Virus record (IMG/VR): IMGVR_UViG_3300037558_000423
Coordinates: 1 to 25,048 of that record
Length of the DNA stretch: 25,048 bases
Source: a virus
Taxonomy: Duplodnaviria > Caudoviricetes
Reading direction: 5' to 3' (one strand)
A program made the translations under genes and the position numbers. This document shows, piece after piece, positions 15,418-24,048 of the stretch. The notes under the pieces were generated by a model. It worked only from the letters and a program-made list of their open reading frames with translations, was not told where the DNA came from and did no database searches. How positions within the stretch are numbered: the stretch's first letter is position 1; each line of letters starts with the position of its first letter.

Positions 15418-18400
15418 ATGAGTGCAATATTTCAAAAAACGATTAATAAATCGTACCTAGACATGTATGATGGCGTTGACACAAGCCAATCTACATTCAG
15501 TGAAAACTTTGGTGCTGGTCGCAGACGCCCTATTTATTTAAGTAATACAAGTTCTAAGGCGCGCAGTTTACAAGATGCCTGGCAACCATTTATCGACGAA
15601 ATAAATACTAAGTCCGATACAAAATTTGAGAACCCAGCGCTTAAATTACGCCGAGGAGTGTTTGGAACGTATCTAGCGCCATCTGATACACGGCGAGAAT
15701 ACAATGGTGCGGTCACAAACATTATCGATTTTTTGCAAAGTAATGAAGAAACATTTGGCCCAGATATGGCCAAGTTAAACCATGATTATATTATTAACAA
15801 TGCAATTCAAATTGCAAAACACGAAAGCGAACAACATGAGGAAGTCGCAGAAAGATCTGGCAGCTGGGTTAATGGAGCGGCACGATTTTTTGGTGAGGTT
15901 GTTGGCACGTTTGATGATCCGGTTCAACAAGACGTAATAGCGGCAACAGCTGGCCTTGGTGCTTTGGTTAATGGTACACGAACAATTGGTGGCATCATGC
16001 TCAGAGAGGCTATGATTGGCGCTGGTACGGAAATTTTTATACAGAAAGAAGTGGCGGATTGGTATAAAGAATTAGATCTTCCTTACACCATTCAAGATTT
16101 TGCTGTAAATGTTGGAGCCGCCGGTGCTCTTAGTGCTGCGTTTCCTTTGTCCTTTAAGGTTGGTGGTGACGCAATTAAACTCACAGTAGGCCAGGCAAAG
16201 AAAGGCTATAACGCTATAAAAACGGCGTCAGCCAGGCTGGGTCAGAGGGTTTCAAATGATGCGCAAGCAGCTGAATCGTTATTAGATACAATTGAGTCTA
16301 CAATTGGTACGCCTCCAATAAGAAATGCAGATGAGCACTTTCAGCGTGTCGATGCTGCTGAAGAGTCGATCAACAATGGGCAAGCGCCAAATATGCCGGA
16401 TGAACCGATAAGCGCACCAACAAATGCACAAATAAATAATCAAGCTAATCCTGGCCAGTTGGGGTCAGATTTAGATAAAATCAATTTAGATATTGCAGCG
16501 GTTTCAAAGGCAAAGGACGAATTTTCTGAGGAATTTGAGTCAACTGAACGTGGTATAATGAACGAATTAATGAAGGAAGGGGAAAAGAGAGAACTTACAA
16601 ATGATGATTTTGCAACCGCTTACGAAATCATTGATAACCTTGAATCAAAGAAAAACCTAAATGACGCAACGGATCTTCTACAATCCTTAAACAAACAGAA
16701 AAAAGATTTAGAGGTGCAGCTAGAGGCGCAACCTAAAGTAAAACCAAGAGCAACTATTAATGATATTTACGCAAGATATGAGATAGAAGAATTAAACGTG
16801 GATGCCCAGAGCTATCAGTTTAAAGAGGGCAGCGACGAGTTTGGTGTAACAGAGCAGTTACGAGGCGAAGTGCAATGGAACCAGGAACAATCTGGAGTTG
16901 TTTTAGTACATGAACGAGCAGATGGAAAACTGTTTATTGCTGATGGACACCAAAGATTAGCGCTAGCTAAAAGAATAAAAGAGAAAGATCCAAATCAAGA
17001 TATTTTTCTTTTAGGTATTACGTTGAGAGAAAAAGACGGAATTTCTGTCGAAAATGCAATGGTGAGAGCAGCTGTTAAAAACATTGGGGAGGGAACCGGT
17101 ACTGTTCTCGATGCTGTCAAAATACTTAGAGGCGATCCGCAAAAATTTAAAACATTACCGCCAAGATCAGCCTTAGTAAAACAAGCCAGAAGTATTGTTA
17201 AGATTAATGACAATGAGGCTTATGGTTTGTTTGTTAATGGATTAGTTTCTCCACAACAAACGGCATTAGTTGGTCGGATGATTCCAGAAGATGCGACGAT
17301 GCAGCGCGCAGCTATGAATGTTTTAGCAAAGGCAAAGCCGGAAAATGATCTCCAGGCAGAGTCTATTATCCGGCAAGTAATGGATAGCGGCACAGAAAAA
17401 GTTAACCAGGAGAGTTTATTTGGTAATGCCCTGGAAGAAGAGTCGCTTTATTTTGAAAGAGCAAAAATTTTAGATAATGCTGTTAAGGTTTTGCAACGTG
17501 ATAAATCGGCATTTAATACTATAGTAAAAAACCAAACGAAATTTGAGAGCGAGGGAAACCAGCTAGCAAGGAGCGCAAATGAGCAAAAAATCCAAAAAGA
17601 CGGACAAGCAATCCAGCTTATCCAAACGCTCGCCAACAGACGAGGACAACTCAGCGACGATCTCACAGCTGCCGCAAGGATCGCAAAACAAAGCGACGGA
17701 CAGTACAACAAGGCTACAGAGAGCTTTGTCGACTCTGTCAGAGGAGCAGTTGATCGAGGCGATTTCAATGGGGAAATCTTACATGATCCAGGACTCACTA
17801 TCGATGCTCCGCCGCAAAACGGCGAAATACCGACAAGATCAGTTGAAAAAAGTTTAGAGGATTTCGACAATCCAGCTGGATTAGGATCGCAAAAACAGAT
17901 GAATCAGATGGAAACGGATATGTTTCCGCCTTTACGAGAGGGGTTAGAGCCAGAGGTTGCCGAAACTAAATTAAAATTAGCGCAGCCAATAGAAACAGTT
18001 GACAATATTTATGAACTAGCACCAGCCTCCCAAGAGTGGTTAGCTGGAACCGGAAAAAGATTAGAAGCAGAATTAGGAGTAAAATTTGACGATCCTGGTC
18101 TGAAAAAGCGAAAAACCGCTAATGAAAAGATGATCCGTAAGAAATACAAAACAGCGCAGCAGATGACGGATATTGCTAGAGGTGGTTTTATTGTTAAGAG
18201 TTTAGATCAAGCAAATAAGGTATCGGAAGAATTTTCAAAGGTTGCCGATGTTCTCGATACCGGTTGGCAAGTCTATCCGGAGGGTTACTCGGACAGAAAA
18301 TTGTTGGTTAGGACACCAAACGGCATTATTGCAGAGATCCAAATGTGGACACCGGAGGTTAAAGCTGCAAAGTTTGGAAAAGGTACAGAACTTTATACAA

Positions 18401-18927
18401 AGGCTCGATCATCAAAAGATCCAGCAGAAATATCAAGGTTAAGTGAGGAACAAAAAGTTCTTTATAGAGATGCTTTGAAAAAGGATATTCAAGCCTCAGA
18501 AGGAAAATTAGCTGGTATTGATAGTGGGCCAAAGGTACTCTCAAACATTGATTTGAATGAGGCCTCGTCAGCAACAAGGCTAGCGGAGTGGAAAACGTCA
18601 AGGGCATCGACCTCCTCCCAAGATCCACCAGGCTTAACAACGGCAACAGCCTCAAGAGGATCCTCAGACAGCAGCGCTGGTCTGAAATCCCAATTACAAA
18701 ACGAAACGGATGATTTGGCCATTAGTAGTTCTCCTACTAAAAGTATAGGTGAAGGAGCGCAAAACGTCAACACAGAAGCAGAATTAGATATTGAAATTCC
18801 AGTAGGGCAGTCGGTAGACGCAGCAACTGGTGAAGTTACAGTTGTCAATCAAACAATGCGACAGATTAAAGAAGAAATTGACTATGAGAATAGTATGATC
18901 GAGCGAATGGGGTTTTGTCTTAAATGA
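15418..18927 (+). CDS. Large internal virion/polyvalent protein with ParB-like and RelA/SpoT-like domains
   Basis: Hydrophobic Gly/Ala segments in the N-terminal third; ParB-like VLVHERADGKLFIADGHQRLALA (about 16790-17130); RelA/SpoT-like LKKRKTANEK..TDIARGGFIV..GYSD..AEIQMWT (about 17990-18480). Confidence 0.8.
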   Translation: MSAIFQKTINKSYLDMYDGVDTSQSTFSENFGAGRRRPIYLSNTSSKARSLQDAWQPFIDEINTKSDTKFENPALKLRRGVFGTYLAPSDTRREYNGAVTNIIDFLQSNEETFGPDMAKLNHDYIINNAIQIAKHESEQHEEVAERSGSWVNGAARFFGEVVGTFDDPVQQDVIAATAGLGALVNGTRTIGGIMLREAMIGAGTEIFIQKEVADWYKELDLPYTIQDFAVNVGAAGALSAAFPLSFKVGGDAIKLTVGQAKKGYNAIKTASARLGQRVSNDAQAAESLLDTIESTIGTPPIRNADEHFQRVDAAEESINNGQAPNMPDEPISAPTNAQINNQANPGQLGSDLDKINLDIAAVSKAKDEFSEEFESTERGIMNELMKEGEKRELTNDDFATAYEIIDNLESKKNLNDATDLLQSLNKQKKDLEVQLEAQPKVKPRATINDIYARYEIEELNVDAQSYQFKEGSDEFGVTEQLRGEVQWNQEQSGVVLVHERADGKLFIADGHQRLALAKRIKEKDPNQDIFLLGITLREKDGISVENAMVRAAVKNIGEGTGTVLDAVKILRGDPQKFKTLPPRSALVKQARSIVKINDNEAYGLFVNGLVSPQQTALVGRMIPEDATMQRAAMNVLAKAKPENDLQAESIIRQVMDSGTEKVNQESLFGNALEEESLYFERAKILDNAVKVLQRDKSAFNTIVKNQTKFESEGNQLARSANEQKIQKDGQAIQLIQTLANRRGQLSDDLTAAARIAKQSDGQYNKATESFVDSVRGAVDRGDFNGEILHDPGLTIDAPPQNGEIPTRSVEKSLEDFDNPAGLGSQKQMNQMETDMFPPLREGLEPEVAETKLKLAQPIETVDNIYELAPASQEWLAGTGKRLEAELGVKFDDPGLKKRKTANEKMIRKKYKTAQQMTDIARGGFIVKSLDQANKVSEEFSKVADVLDTGWQVYPEGYSDRKLLVRTPNGIIAEIQMWTPEVKAAKFGKGTELYTKARSSKDPAEISRLSEEQKVLYRDALKKDIQASEGKLAGIDSGPKVLSNIDLNEASSATRLAEWKTSRASTSSQDPPGLTTATASRGSSDSSAGLKSQLQNETDDLAISSSPTKSIGEGAQNVNTEAELDIEIPVGQSVDAATGEVTVVNQTMRQIKEEIDYENSMIERMGFCLK
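17579..17857 (+). CDS. Nested +1-frame ORF (92 aa) inside the polyvalent protein gene
   Basis: AAGGAG SD at 17568-17573, 5 nt before the ATG; host-frame Ile/Leu/Val codons switch to NTC forms across this interval, which keeps the +1 frame open. Confidence 0.5.
   Translation: MSKKSKKTDKQSSLSKRSPTDEDNSATISQLPQGSQNKATDSTTRLQRALSTLSEEQLIEAISMGKSYMIQDSLSMLRRKTAKYRQDQLKKV
18489..18722 (-). CDS. Nested antisense gene (77 aa, MAKSSVSFCNWDFRPALL...FPSEA); candidate antitoxin/immunity protein for the RelA/SpoT domain
   Basis: ATG at 18722, AGGAG SD (18735-18731) 8 nt upstream and its own sigma70 promoter. The product is acidic and globular-looking, while the host frame is a Ser-rich linker here. Confidence 0.75.
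   Translation of the reverse strand: MAKSSVSFCNWDFRPALLSEDPLEAVAVVKPGGSWEEVDALDVFHSASLVADEASFKSMFESTFGPLSIPANFPSEA
18742..18770 (-). promoter_or_regulatory. Antisense sigma70 promoter driving the nested 77-aa gene
   Basis: Minus strand reads TTGACG (18770-18765) - TTTTGCGCTCCTTCACC (17 bp) - TATACT (18747-18742) - TTTAGT-AGGAG-AACTACTA-ATG; both hexamers are 5/6 consensus. Confidence 0.8.
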
Positions 18928-21389
18928 CCGGTTTTAGAGAATGTATTAATGATGGCGTTAATGAAGGTCTTATCCGTGAAGAGGATGCCAATGAGATTAA
19001 CACTATGTTTGATCAGCTGGAAGGTGAGTATCGAGGGAATATGGCAAACGCACCGGCAGCAGCTAGGGCCGCCGCTGATACGTTAGATGCAATTCGCCGA
19101 CAAAAGTTTGAAACAAGACGCAAGAAATTACTCCAGGCAAAAAGCTGGCGTGAGATCGAAGGGATCCTGGACACACATAGAACAGTGTTTGGTAATCTGG
19201 ATCCTAATGCTGCCGCTGTTGATATGCTCGGCCATGTTCGTGATCAAAAGTTTTCGTCTGTAGAAAGTAGGGCAAACGCTGTTAGAAACCTTGCTCATAG
19301 TCGAATGTCTGAAGTCCTGGCCTCTTTTAAAAGAAATGTGTTTGGTGAAACGCAGAATAAAGCAACACAAAAGAACATGATAAAAGAAGCGTTTGGCGAA
19401 AATACTGGTGATACCGCTGCAAGAGAGATGTCGTCAGCTTGGTATGCAGCGCATGAGATGCTAAGAAAGCGTTTTAATGCTGCCGGAGGCGCTATAGCAA
19501 AGCTAAGAAACTATGGATTTCCTCAAGTCCATGACAATTTACGAATTAGGAAAGCGCCAAAAGAAGAGTGGGTAGCTAAGATTTTTAGCAAACTCGATGT
19601 TGATGGCATGATCGATGAGCAAACTGGATTGGCTTTTAATGAAGTGCGATTGAAAGCAGTCTTAAACGATGTGTACGATACGATAACGCAAGAGGGATAT
19701 AACAAACTAAAATCTGGAGGTGTGCTGCAAGGCCGATCGATGGCTAACCGGCGGCTTGATCATCGTTTTCTTAAATTTAAAAACGCTGATGCGTGGATGG
19801 CCTACCAGGAGGAATTTGGAAACGTAAACGTATTCGACACAATGATGTCGCATATCTCTAGTATGTCACGCGATATAGGGATGATGGAGGTTCTTGGGCC
19901 TAATCCAGTAACAACAATGAATGCGATGAAAGCCTCTTTAAACGCAAAAGCAGCAAAAACTGGTGTTGGTGCAGATAAAGCCAGGGCAGCTGGCGTCAAG
20001 ATGGATACATTATACAGGGCACATATGGGGACTCTCAATTCGCCAATAAACGGCTTTTTTGCGAATACCTTTGCCGGTCTAAGAAATATACTAACGTCTG
20101 CTCAGTTAGGTACGACATTCTTTACAGCAGTAACGGATTTAAACAGCCAGGCTTTGGCGAGAAAATTCAATGGATTGCCTCAAGTAAAAACATTGGGCCA
20201 GGTTTTAAAATTCATGGAACCGCTTGGAGCAAAGGAACGCGGTAAATTAGCAACAAGACTAGGATTAATTTCTGATGGTTGGACTAGTGTTGCGTCAGCG
20301 CAAATGCGCTACATTGGAGAAATTAGTGGGCCAGAGATTACCCGGCGCATAAGTGACTTTGTTATGCGTGCCTCTTTACTTTCGCCCTGGACACAAGCTG
20401 GTCGATGGGCGTTTGGTCAGCAATTTATGGGAACTCTTGCTGATAATGTTGGTAAGACATTCGATCAATTAGACGAAGGATTAAAAGGAGCGTTTGAAAG
20501 ATATGGGTTTTCGTCAAGAGATTGGGAGATAATTCGCCAGACAGATTTGCTTGATGAAAGTGGCGCATCATTTTTTAGCGTACAAAACCTTATTGATCGA
20601 ACTGATATTGATGGTGCGGATGCGGAAAGACTTGGTACACGGATCCTAGAGATGGTTAATACGGAAACGGAATTTGCTGTTCCTACCGGATCGCTTAGAT
20701 CCAGGCAAACGCTTTTAGCTGGTACAGCGCCAGGAACAGTTGGCGGTGAAATTCTACGATCGTTTGCGATGTATAAAAATTTCGGTGTTACCATAATGAA
20801 TACGCACGTTATTAGAGGTGTCACAGAATTAAAGAATAATGGTAAAGCTGGATACTTATCACAGTTTATTATTGGAGGAACAATATTAGCTGCCTTTGGT
20901 TTGCAAATGAAAGAACTTGCAAAAGGCCGGGATCCTAGACCAATGGACGATCCTAAGTTTTGGGGTCAAGCATTGATGGCATCTGGTGGTTTTGGATTAT
21001 ATGGTGACTTTCTGTTTTCAGATGTAAATCGCTTTGGTCAGGGTTTAGGCGTTGCTGTTGCTGGCCCAGCGGTAGGATTTCTTGATGATGTTCGAAAGCT
21101 AACAATTGGAAATATGTTTCAACTGGCACAAGGCGAGGACACTAACGCAGCCGCAGAAACAGTTAATTTTATAAAGCGATATATGCCAGGTTCTTCGATG
21201 TGGTATGCACGACTAGGAATGGAGCGGATGGTTTGGGATCAGCTATCAGACATGACGGATCCAAAGATGAAAAGCAAATGGCGTCGTCTTGAGAAACAGC
21301 AAAGAACCAACTATGGCAATAGTTATTGGTGGCAACAGGGAAAAACAGAGCCACGACGCGCACCAAGATTTGATAATCTAACGAGGTAA
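18924..21389 (+). CDS. Internal virion (ejection) protein, T7 gp16/BPP-1-type
   Basis: 821 aa; YGFPQVHD, HRFLKFKNADAW..YQEEFG, LGPNP, hydrophobic C-terminal GRDPRPMDDPKFWGQALMASGGFGLYGDFLF, SYWWQQG. Confidence 0.75.
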   Translation: MTGFRECINDGVNEGLIREEDANEINTMFDQLEGEYRGNMANAPAAARAAADTLDAIRRQKFETRRKKLLQAKSWREIEGILDTHRTVFGNLDPNAAAVDMLGHVRDQKFSSVESRANAVRNLAHSRMSEVLASFKRNVFGETQNKATQKNMIKEAFGENTGDTAAREMSSAWYAAHEMLRKRFNAAGGAIAKLRNYGFPQVHDNLRIRKAPKEEWVAKIFSKLDVDGMIDEQTGLAFNEVRLKAVLNDVYDTITQEGYNKLKSGGVLQGRSMANRRLDHRFLKFKNADAWMAYQEEFGNVNVFDTMMSHISSMSRDIGMMEVLGPNPVTTMNAMKASLNAKAAKTGVGADKARAAGVKMDTLYRAHMGTLNSPINGFFANTFAGLRNILTSAQLGTTFFTAVTDLNSQALARKFNGLPQVKTLGQVLKFMEPLGAKERGKLATRLGLISDGWTSVASAQMRYIGEISGPEITRRISDFVMRASLLSPWTQAGRWAFGQQFMGTLADNVGKTFDQLDEGLKGAFERYGFSSRDWEIIRQTDLLDESGASFFSVQNLIDRTDIDGADAERLGTRILEMVNTETEFAVPTGSLRSRQTLLAGTAPGTVGGEILRSFAMYKNFGVTIMNTHVIRGVTELKNNGKAGYLSQFIIGGTILAAFGLQMKELAKGRDPRPMDDPKFWGQALMASGGFGLYGDFLFSDVNRFGQGLGVAVAGPAVGFLDDVRKLTIGNMFQLAQGEDTNAAAETVNFIKRYMPGSSMWYARLGMERMVWDQLSDMTDPKMKSKWRRLEKQQRTNYGNSYWWQQGKTEPRRAPRFDNLTR

Positions 21390-21393
21390 ATAC

Positions 21394-22953
21394 ATGACAA
21401 TTAGCACTACTACAATCTCGAAAAGCTATTCGGGAAACGGATCGACTCATTCTTTTGCCTATGATTTCCCAATTTTCGCAAATGCAGATCTGACAGTTAT
21501 CATTCGGTCATCAACAGGGTCGGAGACAGTTAAAACATTAGATACGCATTATGTCGTTACTGGTGCTGGAGTATCGAGCGGCGGCACAGTTTTATTTAAA
21601 TTCAATACTGGAACCACAAGTGATGCTCATTATTCATCAAGTGATTTTAGACCGGCGTCCGGCGAAACAGTTGTTATAAGATCGGAGCTAGCAAACACAC
21701 AGGCATTAAATCTAGTTGCTAATGATCCGTTCCCAGCTGAAACGCTTGAAACAAATTTCGACAAAGTGGTGCGCATGATACAACAGCACGACGAAGAGTT
21801 GAATAGATCTATAAAGATTAGTCGTACTAACACGATGACCTCAACAGAGTTTACTACCTCATCAACAGATCGAGCAAACAAGTTATTGTCTTTTAATGGG
21901 TCTGGAGAGCTTGCGGTTACACAAGAGATTGGAACGCTCAAAGGCAATTGGGGAGCTAGTACCAGTTACGTTGTTCGTGACCTGGTGAAAGATACTAGCA
22001 CAAATAATATCTTTATATGTATCACGGCTCACACAAGTTCTGGATCGCAACCTCTGACCACCAATACAGATAGCGCGAAATGGTCTTTAATCGTGGATGC
22101 TGCATCATCAACCACGGCACAAACAGCGGCAGCCAGTAGTGCAACGGCAGCGGCAAGCAGCGCAACCGCATCCGCATCAAGTGCATCAACCGCATCTGGT
22201 CACAAAGATACAGCAACAACGAAAGCATCGGAAGCAGCGTCGTCGGCAACCGCAGCAGCAGCCAGTGCCACCGCAGCAGCAGCAAGCGAGGATAACTTTA
22301 GTGATGTATATTTGGGATCAAAGTCGAGTGAGCCATCAACCGATAACGATGGTGACGCATTAAATTCTGGAGATCTTTTCTATGATACTACTGCGTCGGC
22401 AGTAAAAGTTTGGACAGGATCAGCCTGGCAGAACGTCACACAAGCATCATTAACGTCCGTTGCGTCGGATAGTTCTCCGCAGCTTGGCGGTGATCTCGAT
22501 GTTGTGACGCATGGTCTTGTATCAACAAGCAATCGTAATATTGCACTGACACCAAACGGCAGTGGAGTTGTACAGATCGACGGAACAACTGGTGTAGATA
22601 TTTCGCAAGGATCTATATCTATAAAGAATGGTGGGTCGCAATCTTATGTGAGATTTTATTGCGAAAGTAGTAACGCACACTATGCACAACTTACTGCGCC
22701 TGCTCATTCTGATTTCTCAGGAAATATATCAATTGTTTTGCCTGCTACAGCAGGAACTGTAGCACTTACATCACAACTACCAACATCAGGAATATCAAGT
22801 GGCAACGTGGCTACATTTACGTCGAGTGTTGCTGATGATGATTTTTTAAGAGTAAGCGGTACATCGATTGAGGGTAGAAGTGCATCAGAAGTAGTGAGTG
22901 ATATTGGTGCAGCGACACAAGGGTTCGCAATAGCAATGGCAATTTGTTTATAG
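21394..22953 (+). CDS. Tail fibre protein
   Basis: T7 gp17-like N-terminal anchor (SYSGNGSTHSFAYDFPIF...FPAETLETNFDK), Ala/Ser-rich coiled stretch (about 22098-22287), DSSPQLGGDLDV motif, C-terminal GFAIAMAICL. Confidence 0.88.
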   Translation: MTISTTTISKSYSGNGSTHSFAYDFPIFANADLTVIIRSSTGSETVKTLDTHYVVTGAGVSSGGTVLFKFNTGTTSDAHYSSSDFRPASGETVVIRSELANTQALNLVANDPFPAETLETNFDKVVRMIQQHDEELNRSIKISRTNTMTSTEFTTSSTDRANKLLSFNGSGELAVTQEIGTLKGNWGASTSYVVRDLVKDTSTNNIFICITAHTSSGSQPLTTNTDSAKWSLIVDAASSTTAQTAAASSATAAASSATASASSASTASGHKDTATTKASEAASSATAAAASATAAAASEDNFSDVYLGSKSSEPSTDNDGDALNSGDLFYDTTASAVKVWTGSAWQNVTQASLTSVASDSSPQLGGDLDVVTHGLVSTSNRNIALTPNGSGVVQIDGTTGVDISQGSISIKNGGSQSYVRFYCESSNAHYAQLTAPAHSDFSGNISIVLPATAGTVALTSQLPTSGISSGNVATFTSSVADDDFLRVSGTSIEGRSASEVVSDIGAATQGFAIAMAICL

Positions 22954-22969
22954 ATAAGGAGAAAAAATA

Positions 22970-23308
22970 ATGGCTCAAGATTTTCGTAACAGTTTCCAAG
23001 ATGATTTGCCTACATCGCACAATGATACCAATAGTCTCTTGTGGACGGCAGGTGACTTTGATGCTGTAGTTGGATGTCGGTTTGCAAACATCACAACATC
23101 ACCCGTTACAATAGATGTATATATTCGGAATAGTTCCGTTGATTACTATTTGCTAAAGAATGGTCCTTTACCCTCTGGATCATCATTCGAACTTATTGCA
23201 GAAGGCAGCAAGATTGTTTTGAAAAATGGTGATGTTCTTTACGCGATAGCAAGTGCAGCAAACTCAGTTGATGTTGTCACATCGGTTGTTGATACCATAA
23301 GCGCATAG
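22970..23308 (+). CDS. Tail-fibre-associated (connector-like) protein
   Basis: AAGGAG SD; ANITTSPVTIDV...LPSGSSFELI..SKIVLKNGDVL, the family that typically follows AIAMAI-ending fibres. Confidence 0.65.
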   Translation: MAQDFRNSFQDDLPTSHNDTNSLLWTAGDFDAVVGCRFANITTSPVTIDVYIRNSSVDYYLLKNGPLPSGSSFELIAEGSKIVLKNGDVLYAIASAANSVDVVTSVVDTISA

Positions 23309-23316
23309 GAGTTAAT

Positions 23317-23499
23317 ATGACTAAGTATATAGGAGAAAATGGAGAACAGACTTCTTTCGAAGCGGTGATCCAACAAAGTGAAAATACAGTACAACAATCA
23401 GTTGAAATTTTTGCAACAAATAATTGCGTAAGTGCAGGTCCAATTACGATTGGAGCAAGTGCAACTGTCCTAGTTAGCGGTGTGTGGGTGATCGTCTAA
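23317..23499 (+). CDS. Small tail-fibre-associated protein (60 aa)
   Basis: AGGAG SD; YIG N-terminus and NCVSAGPITI..TVLVSGVWVIV C-terminus. Confidence 0.7.
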   Translation: MTKYIGENGEQTSFEAVIQQSENTVQQSVEIFATNNCVSAGPITIGASATVLVSGVWVIV

Positions 23500-24044
23500 T
23501 GAGCAAATTACAAGTAGAAACTATATCGCATACGAATAATACTACGGCTCAAACGATTGATAGCTCTGGTAGAATTACACTTAGTTCGGCAAGACCTCAT
23601 GTTTTTTGTAGAGGGTTTGGTTCAGTTACAACAGCTACAGCTACTATCAATGGTCAAACAATGGATGGTTCATGGGGTATAGCTCATAGTTTTGATAGTG
23701 TAGACGATAATCAAGGTAATCACTTTGACAACTCAACAGGTTTGTTTCGTGTTCCTATTACTGGAGTTTATTTTTTATCCTGTGGGTTCGGTCAAAAATC
23801 AGCAGAAAACTATGTAGGTTGGGGGATAGTAACAGGAACGGCATCCGATCATGGAAATACAGGATTACAAGAGGCGTGGTTATCCAACGATAGCTCTGAA
23901 GGTACTAATCATGGGGGTGAAATGGCTTTTTGTAAAGTTTTAACGGCAGGGAATGATGTATGTGCTTTTTTTAGGGAAACTACTTATGCTTATCCTCACA
24001 CTACAACAAAACATTTTCATTTCAGCGTCACATTCTTAGGGTAA
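23499..24044 (+). CDS. C1q-like domain receptor-binding/fibre protein
   Basis: ATG at 23499 (TAATG coupling); MSKLQVETI N-terminus; FDSVDDNQGNHFDNSTGLFRVPITGVYF matches the C1q F..P..G.Y.F motif; ends in FSVTFLG. Confidence 0.7.
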   Translation: MSKLQVETISHTNNTTAQTIDSSGRITLSSARPHVFCRGFGSVTTATATINGQTMDGSWGIAHSFDSVDDNQGNHFDNSTGLFRVPITGVYFLSCGFGQKSAENYVGWGIVTGTASDHGNTGLQEAWLSNDSSEGTNHGGEMAFCKVLTAGNDVCAFFRETTYAYPHTTTKHFHFSVTFLG

Positions 24045-24048
24045 TATT

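Noticed and set aside
17448-17870. 140-aa minus-strand ORF within the polyvalent gene
   Set aside because: Ser/Leu/Phe-rich in-register antisense shadow with no SD; the +1 sense ORF explains the local codon bias better.
18359-18655. 98-aa Leu-rich minus-strand ORF
   Set aside because: No SD, atypical composition, and it overlaps the better-supported 77-aa gene in another frame.
18723-18848. Longer 119-aa version of the antisense ORF given in the track
   Set aside because: The extension spans the promoter and SD themselves; the supported start is the ATG at 18722.
22098-22287. Repetitive GCA/TCA-rich tract considered as a tandem repeat or CRISPR-like array
   Set aside because: It is explained by the Ala/Ser/Thr-rich coiled segment of the tail fibre; there is no repeat-spacer structure.
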